A stretch of 28,256 nucleotides of DNA. Origin: a virus. Taxonomy: Duplodnaviria; Caudoviricetes. The DNA lies in the IMG/VR virus record IMGVR_UViG_3300037313_000087, positions 1 to 28,256 of that record, one strand, 5' to 3'. The notes under the pieces are model-generated. The model ran no database searches, was not told the DNA's origin, and worked only from the letters and a program-made list of their open reading frames with translations. Positions 10,201 to 18,522 of this stretch are shown piece by piece. The stretch's first letter is position 1; the number at the start of each line of letters is the position of its first letter. The position numbers and the translations under genes were made by a program.

Positions 10201-10244
10201 GTCGTACCGGATGAACCGGACGTTAGAGCGGTGGACGTAACCAT
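7239..10244 (-). CDS. Mosaic tail-associated protein: modules A, C, B plus a DUF4874/DUF4832-like putative glycoside hydrolase
   Basis: 1001-aa ORF starting 1 nt after the tape-measure stop. C-terminal motifs NPERGFY, GWVGQWGEY, IGHFDDSF, HGGET, MGYRLQL, NVGFAAP, PEYSIQFAN. Confidence 0.85.
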   Translation of the reverse strand: MVTSTALTSGSSGTTASSFATASVTPTANRLQLLAVEIGRETTGPVTSFTSVTGNGLTWVEVAKVGVALNSGSNYNAQLSLYRAMGASPSAGAITINVGFNWVSCAWSLIEFSGIDTSGTNGSGAIVQSVTNTASTVTSITGTLSAFSSAGNATYGAFGASDSGGVPRTFTAGTGYTEIHDTGSTFSSIFTEFRSDNDTTVDATASASTNIGVIAVEIKANTSSVRYIKDYLSGSNVNATNYWVEIQAKDASGTNIASGKTVTASFTPTEGTLSLITDGVSNNSYSYVAGNGTPATVTVDLGTIYQIASITCWHFYDDARVFTGTKTEVSSNGVDWFTIFDSATSGTYTETVSGKTTNAPFGTPAGRTGTLSATLGAVTVSADGTVAAAKTGSAVTTEYGSATSLTITLNSLANGSLATSSAIDIAGASSSVTDVMVELNIASITPSGNKQVVVYAVSSIDGTNFADNTQVDNLMWLGTVTLSAGVASRSESFSVLDAYGSLPPSVKIIVQNDAGVSLAASGNSAQYRFAYETVAVAVASLSTVTYTASTAQIPNPERGFYLDLTHTGNWTQSNLTTYYNTDGTNPDNYQRDIRLVHYYCYLNSYKTVPLDSAFFTAFQSNLNAARTRGMKIILRFPYDASSNIDATYTQIQQHCDQLQPYLASNKDIIMMIQCGWVGQWGEYQGSSNFGLDSWPDSLTQANRDARKNVILKTLSVTPVDRFVCVRQPWIKGMISKTPVQDTQRFDGSDISRIGHFDDSFCTDATDRGTFLYPPNSPSASYNAFNEDTFMRQDTLWVPHGGETNGYNATWTNGDAAITFMTKYHTTYLNALYDPAVLDRWANRYTGSTLGGYNTGDGTYRIDVIKRSMGYRLQLVSSTMPSSATAGTQISVTIIVKNVGFAAPCMPRPVKLVLKNTSTSAITTIPMAADPRTWVPGGNITVSENVSIPSGLAAGTYSVHLLLADPDATLATRPEYSIQFANTGLWDATTGRNALNQTITIS
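8649..9062 (-). repeat. Module B internal copy (paralogue of gene 6786..7229)
   Basis: Identical blocks SLTITLNSLANGSLATSSA, GNKQ, YAVSS-DGTNF-DNTQ, VQNDAGVS-AASGNSAQYRF. Confidence 0.95.
9153..9572 (-). repeat. Module C copy 2 (discoidin/F5-8 type C-like; paralogue of 21281..21703)
   Basis: Shared blocks SNVN-TNYWVEIQAKDASGTN, TDGV-NNS-SY, PATVT-DLG-IY, WHFYDDARVF, KTEVS, WFTI-DS. Confidence 0.95.
9588..10226 (-). repeat. Module A copy 1
   Basis: Colinear with 5417..6052 over its full length. Confidence 0.95.
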
Positions 10245-10245
10245 C

Positions 10246-13200
10246 TCAGTTCAACTCCGGCTTGTTGCGCTCGCGCCATGTGCTGCTCTTGGCGGCATCC
10301 TTCGTGCCATCAACCACTTTGTCTGCCGCGCGGTCGTTCGCTTCGAAATTGGAGCGGATCATAGATTCGGCATGCTGCCCTGCCTCTTCGCGCAGTTTGC
10401 GCACTTCCGCCCTCAGAGACTCGATAACGGATAGCAGTGCGCTATTGTCAGGCCTGCGGAAGCGAGACAAGTCAATACTATCGGCGGCATCCTGCATGTC
10501 CATTGCCCGCGCCTTCACCGCGCTCAACACCCGTTCGCCCTGGTGCAGTTTCGCGATATAGCCATCGAATGGCACATAGTCTAGGCCGGTGGCGTGCGAG
10601 CCGTACAGATACGACGCTTTCATCGTACTGTCGAGATTCAGATTGCTGCCGAGTGCGGTCAGCGCCCCTTGCGGGTTCCAGTAATACTTGCTTGGATCGT
10701 TTGTGACGGCACTGTTAAATCCGGACATGACGCCAGCACTAGTCATTGCGCCGGTGATCTTCTGCATCTCGGTGTAGGACGGGTAATACTGGCTCAACTG
10801 GTGAAAATGCTCTGCGAGGCTTCCCCATGATGTCGAATAGCCGGATGGCGCTTTGCTCAGGACAGCGGCCATGACATTGCTGTCATGCTGCATCATGTAG
10901 TTCTCTACCGATGCTATGCTCATTCCGGTCGATAACTGGTACTGCGCAAGAGATGCGCTTGCCTTTGAAATCAGCGATCCGCCCGTCATCGAAGCAAAGA
11001 AATCCTCGATGGTCTTTGCCTGCGTCGGGTTCCAGTAGCCATTTGATGCCGGCGCATATACGGTCGGGATCGGATTGGTGGATGTCGTCGGTATCTGCGA
11101 AGGAGCAGTACCCGTTCCGCCAGATGTCGATCCGGTCTGCCCGTTGACTTCGCGCACCGCCTTTTCGATCGCTTCCGATGCCTTGCGGATCGCTTCCAGC
11201 CGGTCGTACATCGTATTGCCGAGCGTGTTGAACCCTGTGGCGGTCGTGTTCTTCAACTCGATCAGGCCGTTGACCTGCGTCTCCATCGTCTTCAGTTGCG
11301 CGGACAACAACGCCGACTGCTGCGTCGCAGTCACTACCGATGCGGACAGGGCATCCTGAACCTTGTTGAAATCCGTCGTGTACTGCTCGCTTGATGCGAA
11401 CATCTGGCGTGACAGGCGCAGGAACTCGGAACTGACATCCTGCAATTGCGCAATCGCGCTCTCGTCGCCAGCGGATGCCCGTGCGGAGATGTCGGTGAAC
11501 TTCGCACGCGCCACATCGTATTGCTGCTTCGGCGTCAGAGGAGACATGTCCGAAGTAAGAAGAGACTGCTTGAACTTGTTCAGCGACTGCGCGAAGTCAT
11601 CGAATCGCTTCCTGCCATCGTCAAGCAACTGATAGATATCATCGAACGTGCTTTGCAGCCTGTCCACCGCATCGGAACCGGTGGTCTTTTCCTGCGTCTG
11701 CGCCAACTTGTCCTGCAGGTCAAGCATTTCCTTGTACTTCGGCGCAATCTCCAATAATTGCTGGTATTCCAGTTCGCTCTGCCCGTACTTCGACTTGGCG
11801 ATGGCATTGAGCAAATCCTGCTGGGAACTGATATGAAGCCCCCACGAGTCGAACATCGCGTTGACTTCGTTCTGGAGCATGTACAGCTTCATGTCGTCCG
11901 GCATCAGCGAATCGTTCGCGGTCTGCCGCAATTGTTCGATGTACTGACGATGCGCTTCCGCAGCCTGAGACAGTGCCTGGATTTCCTGCTCTATTTGCTG
12001 CCTGCGCTGTTCCGCTATCTGTCTCTGTTTCTCCGCTTCCTGTTCCTGCGCATTGGAGAGTTCGTTGAATGCGGGAGCCAGTTGCATCATCTGCGCGAAC
12101 AGTTGCCGTCCCGCTTCCGTGGACAGGTCGATTGAATCGACCACGCGCCTGAAATCATCCTTGGTCTTGATCGACGACACGCCCAATTGCTGCATCGCAG
12201 GAGCGAGTTGACGCTGCAGCAGGTCAAGTTTTTCCTGATCGTTATAGAAGTTCTGTACGTAGAAACTGACCTGATTTGTCAGCGCATCGATGCCGCCTGC
12301 GAACTGCACCAGTTGATCCCGTGCCGCCATCGATGCGAGGCCGACCGTGCCGAACGCCTGCTGCGATGTTTTGCCGAGCACCATCAGTACGCTGTCAGTT
12401 GCCTGAAATTCCGCCGACAGACGGACAAGCGTCTGCGTGTTGCTTTCGCCCTGAAGCTGGTAATCCTTCAGAGTCGGTATCACCATCAGCGCCAGCGAAT
12501 CGGAAACCTGCCCGAACGCTTTCTGCACCGCTGCGGCATTGGCTGCTGCATCCGCTTCCGCGTTGCCTGTATGCTGGAACTGGACCTTGAAGTTGGTATA
12601 GAAACTGGTGATCTGGCTCGTGCCTACGCCGATTGTTTTAGCCAGAGAGTTGACGCTGTCCTTCATCTTGAACATCTGTTCGGACAGCGCGTTTGCCTGC
12701 TCCTGCGGAATGGCAAAGGTGTTTTCACCCCTCTTGTCGCTCCTGAACCATCCGCCCTTCTGCTTCCAGTCCTGAAAATTGGCGAAATGAGAAGTCGAAT
12801 CGGATTTGAAATCGACCATCAACCCTTCAGCCGTGGTTTCCTTTTTACCCATGCCGAAAGCACGGTTCAGGACGCCACCGATAGCACCGCCCACGACGGC
12901 ACCGATTGCCGTGCCGAGTCCTGGTACGACTGAACCGATTGCCGCGCCAACTGCTGTTCCGGTATTGACCGTTCCACGACTACCGTAGTCGCCGCTGATC
13001 GCACTACCGAGAGCGATGCCACCATATGCACCCGCAGCGGCATTGATGCCTGCGCCAAGTGTGTTGCCGAAACCGACACCGGATGCGCCATATGTGCCAC
13101 CGGTATAGCCCTGCATGCCTAGACCGACGTTCTGCAGGGTTCCGTTACCCATGTATCCACCGAGCGCAGATACGCCCTGCCCGAGATAGCCGCCTACGCC

Positions 13201-15852
13201 ACCAGCCGCAGACAAGCCCTGATAATACTGATATGCCTGCTGCAAGCCCCCCATGCCGCTGCCAGCCTCGCCACCATAGGCGCCACCGGAAAGGATGTTT
13301 GCGCCAATGGCTGCGATAGGCGCGATAATCGGCTGCAAGATCAGGCGGGCAAATGCCGCCTTGATCGCATCGATCAGCGTTCTGATGAAGCCCTTGCCAT
13401 GCTCGAAGCCGCGCATGATGGCGTCCGACAGCCAGCCTTCGATGCGGTCAAACGACTGCTTCCACGATTGCGTAGCCTGCTCTGCGGATCTCTTCGCTTC
13501 ATCCGCAATCCGCTTTTCGCTCAATGCCTGAGATGCATCCTCATGCGCTTTCTGGATTTGCTTCAGCCATGCCAACTGCTCCTGATACGCGACGATTTCC
13601 GTTTCGCTGATGTATTCGCTGAGTTTCGTCTCGGCCAATAACTGTTCCGTCGCAGCGACAGCGATGGATGTCCTTGCCGCTTCTTCCGCCTGCAGCGCAT
13701 CAGCGGTCTTGCCGGATGCTTCATTGTTTGCCGCTTCCGTGATCTTGCGTATGGAATCGATATACGACTCCATGGCCTGATTCGACTTTTGTATTTCAGC
13801 CTCACGCAATTCAGCGATCTTGTTGTACGTATCCATTTCGATACGTGAACGCTCTTCTTCCAGCGTCTTCAGTTCGCCGTTGTATTTTGCCCTTGCGTCG
13901 AGGTCTTTCTTGCCAGTTGCTAGTTCGAGTTGCTTTTGAACGAATGACTGCTCGTTCGTGATTTCCTTTTCACGAATCGCCAATTTCTGTTCGAGTGCTT
14001 GGGCCGAACTGATAACGCCCATCTTTTCGAGATGGTCAACGGCGTCAATTTGCGTCTTAGCCATCGACTGCTCAAACTTCAATAACTGCTCCTGTTCTGC
14101 CAGTGCTGCGCGGTACTGTTCGTTATCCTGCTTCTTCGCCGCAGCAATGCCGGATTTGTCCTTGTACTTGGCGATGATCGCGGCGCGTGTATCCCAATAC
14201 TGTTTCAGGTCTTTCAGGTCGCCAAATTGCTTGTCGAAATCGGCGAGTTCCTTGTTCATCTTGGCGGTTTTATCCACCTTCGCCATCTCGTCACCGAGTT
14301 GTTTGGTCAGCTTTACCCTGTCCTCTATGGCTTTTTGTGCAGCCTTTAAACGATTATCTTCTGCCTTGAAATCACGATCATCTTCCCGCTTCGTTGCTTC
14401 CTTGTTGTTCACGGCAGACAATTTAGTCTGCAAGTCGAGCTGCTCTGATTTTAGTTTGTTAAGTTGCTTTTCCTTGTTGATCGCTGCAAAACCATTCTGG
14501 CTCGTATCTGTTTTCTCTAAATTCGATATCTGCTTGCTCACATCAAGCAGTCTCTGCGATTGCTCTGCAAGCGACTTCCCACCGCCGATTGCCTTCGAAA
14601 CTGCAGCATCCATCAACGGGTTCAGCTTTAGAAGTTGTCCGCCAATTCCATCAACGAGTAGCGTACCCAACTGTGTCCAAAAACCTTTTCCTGCTTCCTG
14701 CGCAGCGCGCAATTTCGCAGTTACGCTGTCAACTGCGGTGGCGACTGTATTCATTTGTTTCGCCGCCTGCTCGCCTAGCCCAGAGTTGGCTATAGTCTGT
14801 TTCAGTTCAGTCCATGCGTTCGCATTGCGATTCACGGCAGCAGCCATCTTTTCTGCCGCTGACGCAGCCTCGCCACCCATCGTTCTTTCAAGCTCCTCGC
14901 CAAAACGCGGCAGGAACTCCATTGCGTCCAACCCTTTTTCGAGCATCTTTCCGAGCTCTGCGGTGGATACGCCCATTGCTCGTGCGGCAATCTGGAACGC
15001 GCCTGGCAATCGCTCACCCAATTGACCACGCAACTCCTCAGACTGCACCGACCCTTTGCTGATCATCTGCGACAATGCAAGCAGCACGCCGCTGGTATCC
15101 GCCGCAGACAATCCCATGACAGCCGACGCCTTGGAGACTGCAGTGAAAACGTCCTTGACGCCTTCCCCTTCGAGCGCGGTTCCCTTTGCTGCGGCAGATA
15201 TCTTTGCGTATGACTCCGCAGTGCTGATCAGTTCTAGACCAAGACTCTTTGAAGTATCTCTGACAAATGCCATTTCATCGGCTGCACGCCCGACAGATCC
15301 GGTAGTGAACTTGAAGACGTTGTTCAACTTGTCGGTCTGCATTTGTGCTTCTACAACCATATCGCGCATGGATTTCAGTCCGCCAATAACGACGCTGAGA
15401 GAGAATCCGATGCCGATGCTTGCCAATGATGCCTTGAATGAATCAGCCGCCTGCACACTTTCCCGTGTCGCGGTGGAATGCTCCTTTTGTTTTCTCGTCA
15501 CATCGCTTATGACAGATTCTAGTTTCTGCAGCGCGGCTGTATTGGCGTTCACCGCCGCTTCCATTGACTTATGCTGGGCGATGGCCTCGGCAGAGCGTGA
15601 ATTAAGCTCCTGCAACATACGAGAGGTACTCGACATCGCATTCGCATAGGACTGCTGCATGCGCGCGTTTTGTTCGACAGCCTGAGCCATACGGGCAGCA
15701 GTGGAATTGAACTGCTGTATTTGTGACTCGAAGCGGCCAACTCCTTGGGCTGCCTTGCCAGTCGTCCCTGCAAGGCGGTCAAGTGCGGAATCCGCCTGTT
15801 TGACCTGCGACGTATCAACGGCAATGCCTAGACTGGTGATGTTTTCTGCCAT
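10246..15852 (-). CDS. Tail tape measure protein
   Basis: 1868 aa, helical Ala/Gln/Glu/Lys-rich. Tape-measure motif LSQMISKGSVQSEELRGQLGERLPGA, Gly-rich hydrophobic segments, C-terminal SHATGLDYVPFDGYIAKLHQGERVL. Lies directly after the chaperone pair. Confidence 0.96.
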   Translation of the reverse strand: MAENITSLGIAVDTSQVKQADSALDRLAGTTGKAAQGVGRFESQIQQFNSTAARMAQAVEQNARMQQSYANAMSSTSRMLQELNSRSAEAIAQHKSMEAAVNANTAALQKLESVISDVTRKQKEHSTATRESVQAADSFKASLASIGIGFSLSVVIGGLKSMRDMVVEAQMQTDKLNNVFKFTTGSVGRAADEMAFVRDTSKSLGLELISTAESYAKISAAAKGTALEGEGVKDVFTAVSKASAVMGLSAADTSGVLLALSQMISKGSVQSEELRGQLGERLPGAFQIAARAMGVSTAELGKMLEKGLDAMEFLPRFGEELERTMGGEAASAAEKMAAAVNRNANAWTELKQTIANSGLGEQAAKQMNTVATAVDSVTAKLRAAQEAGKGFWTQLGTLLVDGIGGQLLKLNPLMDAAVSKAIGGGKSLAEQSQRLLDVSKQISNLEKTDTSQNGFAAINKEKQLNKLKSEQLDLQTKLSAVNNKEATKREDDRDFKAEDNRLKAAQKAIEDRVKLTKQLGDEMAKVDKTAKMNKELADFDKQFGDLKDLKQYWDTRAAIIAKYKDKSGIAAAKKQDNEQYRAALAEQEQLLKFEQSMAKTQIDAVDHLEKMGVISSAQALEQKLAIREKEITNEQSFVQKQLELATGKKDLDARAKYNGELKTLEEERSRIEMDTYNKIAELREAEIQKSNQAMESYIDSIRKITEAANNEASGKTADALQAEEAARTSIAVAATEQLLAETKLSEYISETEIVAYQEQLAWLKQIQKAHEDASQALSEKRIADEAKRSAEQATQSWKQSFDRIEGWLSDAIMRGFEHGKGFIRTLIDAIKAAFARLILQPIIAPIAAIGANILSGGAYGGEAGSGMGGLQQAYQYYQGLSAAGGVGGYLGQGVSALGGYMGNGTLQNVGLGMQGYTGGTYGASGVGFGNTLGAGINAAAGAYGGIALGSAISGDYGSRGTVNTGTAVGAAIGSVVPGLGTAIGAVVGGAIGGVLNRAFGMGKKETTAEGLMVDFKSDSTSHFANFQDWKQKGGWFRSDKRGENTFAIPQEQANALSEQMFKMKDSVNSLAKTIGVGTSQITSFYTNFKVQFQHTGNAEADAAANAAAVQKAFGQVSDSLALMVIPTLKDYQLQGESNTQTLVRLSAEFQATDSVLMVLGKTSQQAFGTVGLASMAARDQLVQFAGGIDALTNQVSFYVQNFYNDQEKLDLLQRQLAPAMQQLGVSSIKTKDDFRRVVDSIDLSTEAGRQLFAQMMQLAPAFNELSNAQEQEAEKQRQIAEQRRQQIEQEIQALSQAAEAHRQYIEQLRQTANDSLMPDDMKLYMLQNEVNAMFDSWGLHISSQQDLLNAIAKSKYGQSELEYQQLLEIAPKYKEMLDLQDKLAQTQEKTTGSDAVDRLQSTFDDIYQLLDDGRKRFDDFAQSLNKFKQSLLTSDMSPLTPKQQYDVARAKFTDISARASAGDESAIAQLQDVSSEFLRLSRQMFASSEQYTTDFNKVQDALSASVVTATQQSALLSAQLKTMETQVNGLIELKNTTATGFNTLGNTMYDRLEAIRKASEAIEKAVREVNGQTGSTSGGTGTAPSQIPTTSTNPIPTVYAPASNGYWNPTQAKTIEDFFASMTGGSLISKASASLAQYQLSTGMSIASVENYMMQHDSNVMAAVLSKAPSGYSTSWGSLAEHFHQLSQYYPSYTEMQKITGAMTSAGVMSGFNSAVTNDPSKYYWNPQGALTALGSNLNLDSTMKASYLYGSHATGLDYVPFDGYIAKLHQGERVLSAVKARAMDMQDAADSIDLSRFRRPDNSALLSVIESLRAEVRKLREEAGQHAESMIRSNFEANDRAADKVVDGTKDAAKSSTWRERNKPELN

Positions 15853-15853
15853 G

Positions 15854-16228
15854 CTAATTCCCCTTGTCCTGCCGCTTCGAGTAGTGCGTCATGAAGATTG
15901 CATCGAGCCTGTCGATCACGTCCAACATCCACGGATGCAATGTCTGCTTACGTAGACGAAACCATGCCTCGATCTGCTCGTCATGCAGAGGCTCAGGTCC
16001 GAATCCGTTGCTATGCCGCTTCCTATGCATCTGCAGGAAGATGTTCCACATGGAACGCAATACGTCCGGACACTGAACCGATGTCATTTCTTCCAACTGT
16101 TTTGGCTTCCTTCCGATCTGGCGCTGCACCGTGGTCAGATGTGACCGCAATGAAGCGCCGTCTTTCTGCTGCGTTTCGAGCTCGAACTCATTGCTCGCAT
16201 ACGTCAGCAGATCGGAAATTAGCCCCTG
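15854..16228 (-). CDS. Tail assembly chaperone C-terminal extension (gpT-like), reached by -1 frameshift
   Basis: The frame of ORF 15854..16150 stays open upstream to the slippery site (QGLISDLLTYASNEFEL...). The track's start is only a TTG. Motifs W-IF, GFGPEPL, I-RLD. Confidence 0.85.
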   Translation of the reverse strand, partial: QGLISDLLTYASNEFELETQQKDGASLRSHLTTVQRQIGRKPKQLEEMTSVQCPDVLRSMWNIFLQMHRKRHSNGFGPEPLHDEQIEAWFRLRKQTLHPWMLDVIDRLDAIFMTHYSKRQDKGN

Positions 16229-16686
16229 AAAAAAAGATCACGCCTTCTGCATGTGGAGATCACCAATTCCTTCATCTGCGGAACGCTCTTGAACATGTGC
16301 AGAATGTTTTCCTTGGTGCAGTCGATCATCTCGCCTTTGTACGGAATCTTGCCCGTCCACGGGTCTTTACCTTTCGACCAACTCAGCAGCGCAAGCGCGT
16401 TCAGTTCGTTCTCTTCTTCCTCGTTCTTTTCTCGGTTATACTGCGGCGGTTTTCCCTCGTTTTCCGCGTTTTCCTTGATGCGCCTAGCAACTTGTTCATG
16501 GATCTTGTCCTGCATGGCATCAGACTCAAACCCGCGTACGCGCAGCCAGATATTCGTATTGATTTTCTTGCCGCCCTTTTCGATCACCAGTTCCACTTCA
16601 ATCCCCTCGTTCGACTTTTCAAGAATGTCGAACTGAGCCAAATCGAAATCAAATACGGTGGTTTCTTGGTTTGATGCCTTGCCCAT
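16219..16686 (-). CDS. Tail assembly chaperone (gpG-like)
   Basis: 155-aa acidic ORF with AAGGAG RBS, between tail tube and tape measure; ends in a slippery sequence. Confidence 0.88.
   Translation of the reverse strand: MGKASNQETTVFDFDLAQFDILEKSNEGIEVELVIEKGGKKINTNIWLRVRGFESDAMQDKIHEQVARRIKENAENEGKPPQYNREKNEEEENELNALALLSWSKGKDPWTGKIPYKGEMIDCTKENILHMFKSVPQMKELVISTCRRRDLFFRG
16228..16234 (-). promoter_or_regulatory. Programmed -1 ribosomal frameshift heptamer T TTT TTC
   Basis: CTT TTT TTC AGG GGC TAA in the gpG frame fits X XXY YYZ; the -1 frame joins the downstream ORF. Confidence 0.85.
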
Positions 16687-16708
16687 GGATTACTCCTTCG
16701 CGGTAGAT

Positions 16709-16741
16709 AAAATAAAAAGCGCCTGCACAAAGGCAGGCGCT
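16709..16741 (-). terminator. Intrinsic terminator after tail tube gene
   Basis: AGCGCCTGC-ctttgt-GCAGGCGCT followed by TTTTATTTT. Confidence 0.85.
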
Positions 16742-16769
16742 ACAGGTGAAACATGATTAATTGGAGATA

Positions 16770-18014
16770 TCAGGCCGAAGAGTCCTGAAACGAGAGGGTC
16801 GTGCTGTCGTACTTGGTGCCGGCACCGCCTGCGGTCTGCAGAAGCGCTTCGAAAGGAATCGTTTGGATGAGTCCCTTTTCCCCGTCGTCTTTGTTGTTGC
16901 CGCCTGCCTTAATGCGTGTCATCGCGAACGATACGAATGAGGAAGCAGCAGTGTTATCGCCGGTCATTGCGACCATAACTGATGCTTCCGTTTCGTTATC
17001 AAACAGATCGCGATATGTGGCATCTTCAAAATAGGCAGTAATCTGCCCTTGTATTTCCACTGTTCCTTCGAAAATATCCGGTCGCGTATTCGAACCGACG
17101 ACTTCGCCAGTAGTCATGTTCGTATTGATTGAAAAGTTAATGCCGGTTACATTCGACACTTTCGCGCCGTTGACGAGCAACGCACCATTCACTGCTGCCA
17201 GAGAATTGCCTGTAGATGCGGCAGTCGGACTGGTGAAATACATCGTGGTGGTAGCGACACCGCCTCGCGCCGTAGAATTGGCTAGATCCTTGCCCATGAA
17301 GGTAAAGGTGATTTCTCCCATGCCAGTTGCGGGCATGTTCACCTCAACCTGACTGATCTTGCAGCCTACGAATAATTCGGACTGGCTGATGTCGTTGAAC
17401 CAATGTTCGATCGAATAGCTTTCATCAACCGCACCAGATGTAGGAGTGAATGTTTTCTTCCCTTGCACGAGTCCGGTAACAGAGTCGCCTGCGGCTTTCG
17501 CTGCAACTGCGGTGCCGTCCAGCGTGGTAACAGTCATGACAGTCGCGGACAGGTCCGTGATCATCATGTTTTTCGAGTTGTTGTTGACGCCGGTCGTGGT
17601 CCATCCGGTCCAGCGCACCACATCGCCGACCTTGAAGCCGTCAGTAAAATAGCTGCCAGCCGAACGAGTGAATGTGCCGAACGTGCCAGTGGTCGTGGCG
17701 GCAGTGACGGTGACGACTGCGCCTGTCGTGGCGGCAGTCTGCATGGCTTGACGCAGTGCGGTAGCCATGAAATCCACCCATGTACCGACCGACAGTTCAC
17801 CGGAAATCTTGCCGTCAACGCCGCGTGTGCCGTGACGGAAATCGGCGCGCTGCTGATCTGCGCGGATTTCCTTCGAAGCGTAGGTGTTCTTTGTCAGGTT
17901 AAGGTCGGAGGTCAGACGGCGCAGCAGTTTGCCGCTTGACTGGCCTGGTGCTGTGCCCCAGGTGGTTTCCTTCTTGTAGCGTAACTGTTTATTTACGCCG
18001 GTTGCGATAGCCAT
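16770..18014 (-). CDS. Major tail tube protein
   Basis: 414 aa; YKKETTWGTAP, SKEIRADQQRADFRHG, G-ISGELS, SYSIEHWF, GQITAYFED. GGAGG RBS. Thr-rich inserted domain at about aa 95-185. Confidence 0.92.
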   Translation of the reverse strand: MAIATGVNKQLRYKKETTWGTAPGQSSGKLLRRLTSDLNLTKNTYASKEIRADQQRADFRHGTRGVDGKISGELSVGTWVDFMATALRQAMQTAATTGAVVTVTAATTTGTFGTFTRSAGSYFTDGFKVGDVVRWTGWTTTGVNNNSKNMMITDLSATVMTVTTLDGTAVAAKAAGDSVTGLVQGKKTFTPTSGAVDESYSIEHWFNDISQSELFVGCKISQVEVNMPATGMGEITFTFMGKDLANSTARGGVATTTMYFTSPTAASTGNSLAAVNGALLVNGAKVSNVTGINFSINTNMTTGEVVGSNTRPDIFEGTVEIQGQITAYFEDATYRDLFDNETEASVMVAMTGDNTAASSFVSFAMTRIKAGGNNKDDGEKGLIQTIPFEALLQTAGGAGTKYDSTTLSFQDSSA

Positions 18015-18028
18015 GGTAATGCCTCCCC

Positions 18029-18054
18029 AAAAAGAAAAAGCCCCTTGCGGGGCT
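18029..18054 (-). terminator. Intrinsic terminator (second of tandem pair before tail tube)
   Basis: AGCCCC-GCAA-GGGGCT then TTTTCTTTTT. Confidence 0.8.
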
Positions 18055-18070
18055 CTCGGTGACTACAAAT

Positions 18071-18096
18071 AAAAAAAGCCACCTATGGGGGTGGCT
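18071..18096 (-). terminator. Intrinsic terminator (first of tandem pair)
   Basis: AGCCACC-loop-GGTGGCT then TTTTTT. Confidence 0.8.
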
Positions 18097-18120
18097 GGTG
18101 GTACTGCAAACTGTTATTGG

Positions 18121-18522
18121 TTATGGATCAGCGAAATAGCGGACGCTCACCATGACTACCCATCTGCTCCCATCGGCAAAACCTTCATTTATCGATGGCG
18201 TGCGCAGGATGCGCGTCGTGATTCCTCCACTCGGCCACGAACTGCCGCGATAGAACTTGTCGCGCACGAGCATTGCTCTATCGTTGATATCTCCTGTGCC
18301 GACATTGCGCGGATAGCGCAGCCATACCTGCATGAACCCTTCCTCGCGATAGGTATCGCCATACACGGCGTTATTCGCAGGAAGAGGTTTGAATTCGACG
18401 GATTGGTATGGGATGTCTGAGGATGGAGGTGTGAAATCCGTGTTTTCGTATTCGGTTAAGAGTGTCGGCGTAATGGTTGCCAATGCCGTTTCGAGTGCAG
18501 CGCGGATGGATGGATGGCTCAC
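18121..18522 (-). CDS. Tail terminator-like protein (DUF4128-like)
   Basis: 133 aa; IRAALE, YEN-DF-PP, G-MQV-L-YP-N-G, F-RG. GTGA overlap with the upstream gene; sits just before the tail tube. Confidence 0.8.
   Translation of the reverse strand: MSHPSIRAALETALATITPTLLTEYENTDFTPPSSDIPYQSVEFKPLPANNAVYGDTYREEGFMQVWLRYPRNVGTGDINDRAMLVRDKFYRGSSWPSGGITTRILRTPSINEGFADGSRWVVMVSVRYFADP

Noticed and set aside
13800-14800. AT-richer stretch in the tape measure as a foreign insertion
   Set aside because: Largely explained by Lys/Glu/Gln-rich coiled-coil composition; no boundaries or repeats seen.
13958-15025. 355-aa plus-strand ORF
   Set aside because: Antisense shadow of the tape measure gene, with Ser/Phe/Leu/Cys-rich mirror composition.
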